Both the position numbers and the translations under genes were made by a program. Shown here in pieces: positions 24,702 to 32,000 of a stretch of DNA of 32,000 nucleotides; within the stretch, counting starts at the first letter, position 1, and every line of letters starts with the position of its first letter. The stretch spans positions 1,230,001 to 1,262,000 of the forward strand of contig NC_017856.1 of NCBI RefSeq assembly GCF_000260965.1, given 5' to 3'. The notes below the pieces were generated by a model. It was not told the origin of the DNA. It made no database searches and worked only from the letters and a program-made list of their open reading frames with translations. The stretch comes from Methylophaga frappieri (GTDB lineage Bacteria; Pseudomonadota; Gammaproteobacteria; Nitrosococcales; Methylophagaceae).

Positions 24702-25175
24702 TTATTCTTTATCCGTTTTCTCTTTACGCTTTTGTTTTTCAGCCATTTTTTCCAACAATTTTTGTTGTTGAGATTCAGTTAACACCTGAAAAATGGCTTG
24801 ATTCAATGCCGCTTTTTTAGACATTGCATCCGCTTGTGCAGCCGTTGTTTTTTCAATCAAATCGTCTAGTTTCGCTTGATCAAACTCATTACTAAAACTT
24901 AATTGGCGCATCGCTTGATGACGCTCCCACCCGGCTTTCATTGCCGCTTTATTTTCCTGCCAAAAAGTTTTACGAAGTGATTTGATTTCTTCTTTCTGCT
25001 CGTCTGTCAAATCTAAAGATTTAAACAACCGGTGATCATGCTGATCCGGCTTATGCCTTTTATCCGCTTTTTCACAGGCTTTGCGGTCTGCTTTTTTATC
25101 GTGATCTTTTGCTAATGTCGGTGTTGCAATCATTAACGCAGGCAACACTAAAAGACTTAACCATGTTTTTTTCAT
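24702..25175 (-). CDS. cpxP: Periplasmic CpxP/Spy-family (LTXXQ) protein
   Basis: 157 aa with a signal peptide (MKKTWLSLLVLPALMIATPTLA) and two LTXXQ motifs (LDLTDEQKEEI, VLTESQQQKL). An AGGAG Shine-Dalgarno lies 7 nt before the ATG. The gene is divergent from an OmpR-family regulator plus histidine kinase pair. Confidence 0.8.
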   Translation of the reverse strand: MKKTWLSLLVLPALMIATPTLAKDHDKKADRKACEKADKRHKPDQHDHRLFKSLDLTDEQKEEIKSLRKTFWQENKAAMKAGWERHQAMRQLSFSNEFDQAKLDDLIEKTTAAQADAMSKKAALNQAIFQVLTESQQQKLLEKMAEKQKRKEKTDKE

Positions 25176-25278
25176 CGTTTCACTCCTGACATAAAATAAC
25201 GGCTCATTCGCGCATTACGCTTGATGCGAACTTGGTACACAGTATCGACTGAAACAATGTTAATGGGCGTTTTAACGT

Positions 25279-25293
25279 GTAAATTCAGGTAAA
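25279..25293 (+). promoter_or_regulatory. Perfect match to the CpxR consensus box GTAAA-N5-GTAAA
   Basis: The sequence reads GTAAATTCAGGTAAA. It lies in the 191-nt divergent region between the cpxP-like and cpxR-like genes. Confidence 0.6.
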
Positions 25294-25308
25294 TATAGTG
25301 ATAACCGA

Positions 25309-25337
25309 TTGGGCTTTGCCCTCCGACAACCTATGAT
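25309..25337 (+). promoter_or_regulatory. Candidate sigma70 promoter for cpxRA (TTGGGC-17 nt-TATGAT)
   Basis: Hexamers at 25309-25314 and 25332-25337. The implied start site near 25344 would place the centre of the CpxR box at about -58. By-eye match only. Confidence 0.3.
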
Positions 25338-25366
25338 AGTCATCAAAAATGTTGCTGAGGTAGACA

Positions 25367-26044
25367 ATGCCCCATATTTTGATTATTGACGATGATGAAG
25401 TCTTGGCAGGTCTATTTGAAGATTATCTTCGAGAAGAAAAATATGACGTCACAACGATATTTAACGGCTCGGCGGGACTTGAGGCAGCCTTAACCAACAA
25501 CTATGATCTGGTTGTGCTTGATGTCATGCTTCCAGATATGACAGGTATTGCCGTGCTAACCGGAATTCGCAGCAAAAGTCAGATCCCCGTATTGATGTTT
25601 ACCGCGCGTGGTGATGATGTCGACCGAATTTTAGGTCTTGAAAACGGAGCGGATGATTATGTGCCGAAACCCTGTACCCCGCGCGAACTAATCGCCCGGA
25701 TCAGAGCGATTTTACGTCGCAGTCAGGCTGAAAGTCGGCATGAAAAGAAACTGCAATGTGGCCCCTTACAAATCTGGCCACAACAACGCAAAGCCATCTG
25801 GCACGAAGCACAACTTTCTTTGACCAGTACCGAATTCAGTTTATTGGAAGTATTAACCCGACATGCCGGGCAGGTCGTCGATAAAAATACCTTATCTGAG
25901 CAAGCTCTGGGCCGGCCGTTAGCAAAATTTGATCGCAGTATTGATGTACACATGAGCAGCATCCGGCAAAAACTGGGCGTACAACAAGACGGCCACGGTT
26001 ATATTCAAACCATTCGTGGCAAGGGCTACTTACTGGTCAAATAG
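25367..26044 (+). CDS. cpxR: OmpR-family response regulator, CpxR-like
   Basis: 225 aa. The receiver domain carries LVVLDVMLPDMTG, and a C-terminal winged helix ends in RGKGYLL. The kinase gene follows 6 nt downstream. Confidence 0.85.
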   Translation: MPHILIIDDDEVLAGLFEDYLREEKYDVTTIFNGSAGLEAALTNNYDLVVLDVMLPDMTGIAVLTGIRSKSQIPVLMFTARGDDVDRILGLENGADDYVPKPCTPRELIARIRAILRRSQAESRHEKKLQCGPLQIWPQQRKAIWHEAQLSLTSTEFSLLEVLTRHAGQVVDKNTLSEQALGRPLAKFDRSIDVHMSSIRQKLGVQQDGHGYIQTIRGKGYLLVK

Positions 26045-26050
26045 GCATTG

Positions 26051-27421
26051 ATGATGGGTCGCTTATTCTGGAAGTTTTTTTTCGCATTCTTGTTGGCCTT
26101 GCTGATTGCCGGCTTAGGTGTTGGCACAACCATGTGGCTACATCAGGAACAAATCAATCAGCGACTAACAGACGCGCCAATTCAGATAGGAAAACTCGCC
26201 AGTATTATCGTTTCCGATGCTGCAGACATAGGACAGTATGGGGGAGCTCAAGGGTTACGCCAATATTTGACTGATCAACAACAAAATGGTGTTGCCCGAG
26301 TCTATGCCTTCGATGACAATGATCAAGAACTGCTTGGTCGCGATCTTGAAGATGGCCAGTTAGATGCTGTCCGTCAACTTTACGATAAAGTACCCCATTT
26401 ACGCTCTATTCGTCTGTTGACCCCTGAATCTGATGGCTCGTTATTACTGTTTATTCCAGCCAATGTTGTCGCTCCTTTAAATGACTACCCTCCTCATGGA
26501 CCGAAACCGCCAAAGCCACTCATTACACTGATGATTGCTGGCATATTCAGTGGTCTTTTTTTCAGTGCCTTTTTAGCTTGGTGGTTTACTAAACCAATAC
26601 GTCATTTACGTGGTGCTTTTCAAGCAGTGGCCAAAGGCCAACTCGCTACCCGAATTGGTCCAGCAATGGGACGTCGAAAAGACGAACTTGCCGAGCTTGG
26701 CCGACACTTTGATGACATGACCGCCAAACTGGAAAATCTAGTCTCCGCTCAACGCAACTTATTGCATGATGTCTCGCACGAATTACGTTCTCCACTTGCC
26801 AGAGTTCAAGCAGCGATTGGTCTGGCAGAGCAACGGCCGGAAAAAACTCCCGAAGTCATGGCCAGACTGGAAAAAGAATCCGAGCGAATGGATTACTTGA
26901 TTGGCGATTTGCTGAACCTGTCTCGCCTCGACTCTTTGGCTGCAGATAAAGCTGAACAAGCACTATTTGAACTCTCGCCGTTACTGGACGAGTTGCTCGA
27001 TGATGCGCGCTACGAAGCCAATCTGTCACAGATAACAATTACCGCCAATATCTTGGCACCACTCTGGCTTTATGGTAAGCCTGTTTTAATCTTGCGCGCG
27101 TTGGAAAACGTGCTGCGCAATGCGATCAAATTCACCCCTGAAAATGGCGCAGTTTTATTTCAGGCAGAAGCGATTGAAAAACACGTCATCATTCACATTC
27201 AGGATAGTGGCCCCGGCGTCAAAGCCGACGAATTGCAGCACCTGTTTACCCCCTTTTTCAAGGGCGAACAAGGTCGCGAACACCAAACAAGTACCGGACT
27301 TGGTCTAACCATTGCGGAACGGGCTGTTAAAGCACATCGTGGCGAAATTATCGCCAAACATGTCGATAAAGGCGGCTTGCATATCGAAATTCGCTTACCG
27401 AATGCAAAACGGCCAGACTAG
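26051..27421 (+). CDS. cpxA: Sensor histidine kinase, CpxA-like (2 TM, periplasmic domain, HAMP, HisKA, HATPase)
   Basis: H-box LLHDVSHELRSPLARV, N-box LRNAIKF, G1 DSGPGV and G2 GLGLTI. The architecture matches E. coli CpxA. The ORF-track start at 26048 is TTG, and ATG codons lie at 26051 and 26054. Confidence 0.82.
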   Translation: MMGRLFWKFFFAFLLALLIAGLGVGTTMWLHQEQINQRLTDAPIQIGKLASIIVSDAADIGQYGGAQGLRQYLTDQQQNGVARVYAFDDNDQELLGRDLEDGQLDAVRQLYDKVPHLRSIRLLTPESDGSLLLFIPANVVAPLNDYPPHGPKPPKPLITLMIAGIFSGLFFSAFLAWWFTKPIRHLRGAFQAVAKGQLATRIGPAMGRRKDELAELGRHFDDMTAKLENLVSAQRNLLHDVSHELRSPLARVQAAIGLAEQRPEKTPEVMARLEKESERMDYLIGDLLNLSRLDSLAADKAEQALFELSPLLDELLDDARYEANLSQITITANILAPLWLYGKPVLILRALENVLRNAIKFTPENGAVLFQAEAIEKHVIIHIQDSGPGVKADELQHLFTPFFKGEQGREHQTSTGLGLTIAERAVKAHRGEIIAKHVDKGGLHIEIRLPNAKRPD

Positions 27422-27574
27422 CCTGCATTGGCAGTGTTATCTACTTCAATTCAAAACATGCAGGGACTGATTAGGTAGGCCTATCCTGAGTAAGTAAGCC
27501 ATGTTGTTACCTCCATGTAACACTCTTTCAAATTCAAACTGTGACTATTAGATAAGCTATTGATTACATAAAAT

Positions 27575-27604
27575 ATCAAGGGGCTGCCCACTCAGCCCCT
27601 TGAT
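27575..27604 (-). terminator. Intrinsic terminator of the RND operon (minus strand); possibly also the end of the cpxA transcript
   Basis: Perfect 12-bp stem ATCAAGGGGCTG / CAGCCCCTTGAT with a 6-nt loop. On the minus strand it is followed by ATATTTTAT. No T-tract follows on the plus strand. Confidence 0.75.
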
Positions 27605-27657
27605 TCGTGGTTAAGCACACATAGGTTGATCTTTGTCTGGCCGTCTATTCACGGCAA

Positions 27658-30600
27658 CTATATCGTTTGCTTAGTCTCCCGCCGTGCCGCCAACCAGCGG
27701 CAGACTACATAAAATACGGGTGTAAAAATCAAGCCAAAAAAGGTCACGCCCAGCATTCCAGAAAATACCGCCGTCCCTAAGGCCTGACGCATCTCCGCAC
27801 CGGCGCCGGTGGCCAAAACCAAAGGCACAACCCCCAGAATAAAGGCCATTGAAGTCATCAAAATTGGCCGCAGTCTTGTTCTCGCCGCATCAACAGCCGC
27901 ATCCAGACGACTCATACCACGATCTTCTGCCTGCTTGGCAAACTCGACGATGAGAATCGCATTTTTCGAAGCAAGACCAATTAGTACAATAAAACCAATC
28001 TGAACCAGAATATTATTGTCCATCCCTCGGAATGCCACACCACTGATGGCAGCTAACAGACACATCGGCACAATCAAAATGACCGCCAAAGGCAATAACC
28101 AGCTTTCATAAAGTGCGGCCAATAGGAGGAAAACAAAAACAACCGCCAACCCGAATGCGATAAATGCCGTATCACCTGCCAGTTTTTCCTGCAATGCCAA
28201 CTCGGTCCATTCATAGCCCAAACCATCCGGCAATGTCTCCGCCAAAATTTGTTCCATTGCTGCAATTGCCTCGCCACTTGAGAAACCCGCTGAGGTATCA
28301 CCTTGAACTTCAATTGCAGGATAGAGGTTGTAATGCGGTACACGAATAGGCCCCGTGATTTCTTCAAATGTCGCTATCGAACCAATCGGCACCATTGCAC
28401 CGGATTCTGAGCGCGTTCTCAGCTTGGCAATATCATCCTGCTCATCACGATATATGCCATCTGCCTGAGCAACCACACGGAAAGTACGATTCAAGAAATT
28501 AAAGTCATTCACATAACGAGAGCCAAGATAAATCTCAAGCGTATCAATGACATTCTGAACTGGCACATTCAACATCTCCGCCCGTGTTCGATCAACATCG
28601 GCATAAATACGCGGTGTCGCCGAATTGTAGAATGTGAACACAGCGCTGAGCGCATCCGCTTGATTGGCAGCGCCAATTGTAGCCTGCGTTGCTGATTCAA
28701 GCTGTTCTGCGCCCAGACCCGTCCGATCCTGAATATAGAGCTTCCAGCCTCCGGCATTACCCATCCCCCTGACAGGCGGAGGTTTGATAGCAAATGCCAT
28801 GGCGCCCGGTACTTGCGATAAGGCTTGTTGTGACGCAGCCTGAATATCATCAATTGTCAGCCCCGCAGCGATTCGTTCCTCGAATGGATCAAGTGGCGTG
28901 AAGATCACGGCCGCATTCGAGGCATTGGTGAAAGTCGCCCCATCCAAGCCGACAAACTGCACCGCATGCGCCACACCAGGCACCGCGCGTAAACGTTCTG
29001 CCGCGTCTCGAACTGCAACGTCAGTTCGGTCTAATGTTGCCCCAGGTGGCAGCTGCATAACATTGATCAAGTAACCCTGATCTTGTTGTGGAATAAATCC
29101 GGTGGGCACTTTGTTGAAACTAAAACCGGTTAAGACGATCAAGCCTAAATAGACAATTAAGACTAACGCTGCCACTCGCAACAAACGTCGTGTCAGTTGG
29201 GAATATTTTTCCCCCAACCAATCAAAGCTACGGTTAAAGCCTTGTCCGAAGGCACGGACAGGCCTGCCAAGAACGCCCCACAAACCGCGAGGTGGCGGCG
29301 CATCCGGATCATGTGGTTTTAGCAATAAAGCGGCCATTGCCGGTGACAGTGTCAATGACACAATGAGTGAAATAATCGTTGCGGTCGCAATCGTCAATGC
29401 AAATTGCTGATAAAACGCGCCCGAGATGCCGGTAATGAAGGCAGCCGGTATAAATACTGCAGATAGCACGATTGCAATCGCAATCAGTGCTGTCCCGACT
29501 TCATCCATTGTCTTATGCGCCGCTTCATTCGGGCTGAAGCCCTCGCGAATGTACCGCTCAACATTTTCCACCACAACAATCGCATCATCAACGACAATAC
29601 CGATAGCGAGAACCAGGCCGAATAATGACAAATTATTGAGTGATACCCCCAGCGCGGACATCACGGCAAAAGTACCAATCAGCGATACCGGAATCGCAAC
29701 GATTGGAATCAGTGAAGCCCGCCAGCTTTGTAAAAACAGCATGACAACTAGAATAACCAGTAGAATGGCTTCGATAATGGTGTGATAAATCTTCTCGATA
29801 GATTTAGCAATAAACTGTGTTGGATCGTAAATGATCTGATATTCGAGACCAGGCGGCATTTGCTTGGCAATATCCTGCATTTCAGCCCGCAATGCCTCTG
29901 CCGTTTCTAACGCATTCGAACCCGGTCGCTGGAAAATAACAACTGGCAAAGCGAGGTTATCGTCTAAGTAACCAATATTGTTGTAATCTTGAGCCGCAAG
30001 TTCGATGCGCGCCAAATCACGCAAGCGAACGACCCGACCATTTTCACCCCTTTTCACAATGATATTGCTAAATTCACTCTCGTTGAGCAGGCGTCCTTGA
30101 GTTTCAACACTCAGCTCAAAAGCCCCTTTTGTCTCAGTCAAAGGTTGCTTATTAATCACCCCCGCAGCGATCTGGGCATTGTTTTGTCTTAAAGCCGTGA
30201 TCACTTCATTGGCGGTCAGATTAAACGATTGCGCCCGCTCGGGATCAATCCAGATACGCATGGCGTAGGCCCGCTCAGCAACAATACGTGCTTCGCCCAC
30301 CCCATCAATACGAGCTAATCTATCGACTACTTGTGTCTTGGCAAAATTGGAGACGTAGAGATTGTCCCGGGTTCCATCTGGCGACAATAAATGGATAACC
30401 ATCATCAGATCGGGCGAGTTTTTACGAACATTGATACCTTGCCGGGTCACCTCTTCCGGTAGCAGTGGTTCTGCAATGGCAATCCGGTTTTGCACCAGTA
30501 CCTGAGCCGTATCCAAATCGGTCCCTTGCTCAAAGGTGATGTTAAGCGAGGTCACCCCATCGGCCGTATTTTCTGACTTCATATACAGCATGTTTTCCAC

Positions 30601-30819
30601 GCCGTTTATTTGCTGCTCCAGCACCGTCGCTACGGTATCTGCTGCCGTTTCTGCCGTAGCACCGGGATAACTTGCCGTCACCGAAATACTGGGCGGCGCA
30701 ATTTCCGGATACTGGGCGACAGGCAACGTAAAGTAAGCAATACTGCCAATCAGAACAATGAGTACCGATACCACCGTGGCAAAGATAGGACGATCAACAA
30801 AGAAATGGGTAAACCGCAT
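27658..30819 (-). CDS. RND multidrug efflux permease, HAE1 (AcrB/MexB-like) family
   Basis: 1053 aa, collinear by eye with AcrB (FFVDRPIFA, LPVAQYPEIAPP, proton-relay VVDDAIVVVENVER, SKNAILIVEFA). Its ATG shares one base with the upstream adaptor gene's TAA (TAATG). Confidence 0.93.
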   Translation of the reverse strand: MRFTHFFVDRPIFATVVSVLIVLIGSIAYFTLPVAQYPEIAPPSISVTASYPGATAETAADTVATVLEQQINGVENMLYMKSENTADGVTSLNITFEQGTDLDTAQVLVQNRIAIAEPLLPEEVTRQGINVRKNSPDLMMVIHLLSPDGTRDNLYVSNFAKTQVVDRLARIDGVGEARIVAERAYAMRIWIDPERAQSFNLTANEVITALRQNNAQIAAGVINKQPLTETKGAFELSVETQGRLLNESEFSNIIVKRGENGRVVRLRDLARIELAAQDYNNIGYLDDNLALPVVIFQRPGSNALETAEALRAEMQDIAKQMPPGLEYQIIYDPTQFIAKSIEKIYHTIIEAILLVILVVMLFLQSWRASLIPIVAIPVSLIGTFAVMSALGVSLNNLSLFGLVLAIGIVVDDAIVVVENVERYIREGFSPNEAAHKTMDEVGTALIAIAIVLSAVFIPAAFITGISGAFYQQFALTIATATIISLIVSLTLSPAMAALLLKPHDPDAPPPRGLWGVLGRPVRAFGQGFNRSFDWLGEKYSQLTRRLLRVAALVLIVYLGLIVLTGFSFNKVPTGFIPQQDQGYLINVMQLPPGATLDRTDVAVRDAAERLRAVPGVAHAVQFVGLDGATFTNASNAAVIFTPLDPFEERIAAGLTIDDIQAASQQALSQVPGAMAFAIKPPPVRGMGNAGGWKLYIQDRTGLGAEQLESATQATIGAANQADALSAVFTFYNSATPRIYADVDRTRAEMLNVPVQNVIDTLEIYLGSRYVNDFNFLNRTFRVVAQADGIYRDEQDDIAKLRTRSESGAMVPIGSIATFEEITGPIRVPHYNLYPAIEVQGDTSAGFSSGEAIAAMEQILAETLPDGLGYEWTELALQEKLAGDTAFIAFGLAVVFVFLLLAALYESWLLPLAVILIVPMCLLAAISGVAFRGMDNNILVQIGFIVLIGLASKNAILIVEFAKQAEDRGMSRLDAAVDAARTRLRPILMTSMAFILGVVPLVLATGAGAEMRQALGTAVFSGMLGVTFFGLIFTPVFYVVCRWLAARRETKQTI

Positions 30820-31967
30820 TAGTTTTGTTCCCCATTATTGCCCTCTTCAAATGGCACCGCATTCACTTCACTTCCCGGGCGCGCTATCATCAGCCCCTGA
30901 ACAATCACGCGATCTTCAGCAGAAATGCCTGACTCAATAACACGCATACTATTTTCTTGTAATGAACCTGGTTGAATAGGGCGTGGTTCAACAATACCTT
31001 CGTCATTCACCACTAACAGAATTTTGGCAGCCTGATCGGAGACAACAGCACGATCAGGCACCAACAAAGCCTCATGTGGCTCACTTACCGGCATTCTCAA
31101 TCGGCCAAAAATACCGGGACGCAGCAGGCCCTCATCATTTTCCACCTTAACGCGCATCCGCAGCGTACCGGTAAATTCATCAATACGATTATCAACAAAA
31201 TTAAGTAGCCCTTCCCGTGGCCAGCCTTGTTCATCCAATAAGCGCAATTGGGCGGTAATTTCTGTTTGGCCATTCAGCGCGGCTTCCCCACCGGCAGCAC
31301 GCGCAAGCTGCAAGTATTCCGCTTCAGAGACATCGAAGACAAAATGCAAGGGATTGGTTGTGACAATCGTTGTTAATGGCGTGGCGCTTCCTTCAGTACT
31401 CACTAAATTTCCCACGTCAATTTGCCGGCTGGAGATCCGACCGGTAACAGGCGCCACAATTTTGGTGTACTGCAAATCAAGGGCGGCGGTCTGAACAGCA
31501 GCCTGACTCGCAGCCACATTGGCGTTGGCTTCCTGATATCGTGCTCGGCGTGTGTCTACCTCTTCAGCAGCGATAGCTTTTTGTGTCAACAAACGCTCGC
31601 CCCGCTCCAGTTCCAGCTGCGCTAATTTTAATTGACTCTGCACCCGGGATAACTCGGCTTCAGCCCGAGCCAGTGCCGCTTTAAAAGGCCTTGGGTCAAT
31701 TTCGAACAGCAAATCGCCTTTTTCAACCTGTTGACCATCCTTAAAATGGACGGCGTCCAGATAGCCTGAAACCCGCGCACGCAAGGCAACATCTTCAATA
31801 GCTTCAAAGCGGCCAGTAAACTCTTTGCGTTCAATTATCTGTTCTACTTTCGGCGTCATCACCTTCACCTCAGGCAATGGTCTTTGCTCAGCGGCAGCAT
31901 AAGACACCAGAAAAAAGGAGCTGGTAATGAGGTAACAAAGTGTCGGTAATAAACGCGATTTCAGCAT
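30819..31967 (-). CDS. RND efflux periplasmic adaptor (membrane fusion protein)
   Basis: 382 aa with an N-terminal hydrophobic anchor, a lipoyl-like segment (VSGYLDAVHFKDGQQVEKGDLLFEIDP), a coiled-coil hairpin (AALARAEAELSRVQSQLKLAQLELERGERL) and YTKIVAPVTGRIS. Confidence 0.9.
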   Translation of the reverse strand: MLKSRLLPTLCYLITSSFFLVSYAAAEQRPLPEVKVMTPKVEQIIERKEFTGRFEAIEDVALRARVSGYLDAVHFKDGQQVEKGDLLFEIDPRPFKAALARAEAELSRVQSQLKLAQLELERGERLLTQKAIAAEEVDTRRARYQEANANVAASQAAVQTAALDLQYTKIVAPVTGRISSRQIDVGNLVSTEGSATPLTTIVTTNPLHFVFDVSEAEYLQLARAAGGEAALNGQTEITAQLRLLDEQGWPREGLLNFVDNRIDEFTGTLRMRVKVENDEGLLRPGIFGRLRMPVSEPHEALLVPDRAVVSDQAAKILLVVNDEGIVEPRPIQPGSLQENSMRVIESGISAEDRVIVQGLMIARPGSEVNAVPFEEGNNGEQN

Positions 31968-32000
31968 AGTGCAGTCCCAGGCAATGACAAGATTCGGAAT

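Noticed and set aside
27476-27483. Perfect 8-bp palindrome TAGGCCTA, and the 7-bp inverted repeat CCTGCAT/ATGCAGG (27422-27464), downstream of cpxA.
   Set aside because: Palindromes of this length are expected many times by chance in 32 kb. The inverted repeat encloses a 29-nt loop and lacks a T-tract, so it is not a credible terminator.

Overview
This is mostly a core-genome window, probably from a non-enteric gammaproteobacterium (inferred from gene order and by-eye protein similarity, not searched). Positions 1-10060 on the minus strand carry nuoL (partial)-K-J-I-H-G-F-E-D-C-B-A. This is a 14-gene-type complex I operon with separate nuoC and nuoD, and nearly every junction is translationally coupled. 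Next come rarD (+) and a strong terminator. An uninterrupted minus-strand string then runs from 22665 down to 11345: carA-carB-greA-(4-TM DUF4149-like gene)-rlmE-ftsH-folP-glmM-tpiA-secG-tRNA-Leu(GAG). The right end holds hemB-aroE (+) and a CpxP/CpxR/CpxA-like envelope-stress module with a perfect GTAAA-N5-GTAAA box in its divergent promoter region. A convergent RND efflux pair (periplasmic adaptor plus HAE1-type permease) follows. I saw no mobile elements, CRISPR arrays, defence systems, toxin-antitoxin pairs or pseudogenes, and I found no convincing undescribed multi-gene system. The items most worth a second look are small-scale. They are the Cpx box and module, an unexplained ~150-nt structured tract downstream of cpxA, complementary G4/C4 elements in the leader of the TTG-initiated carA, and the uncharacterised membrane gene between greA and rlmE. 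The ORF track accepts GTG/TTG starts, so several starts were re-evaluated directly from the sequence.
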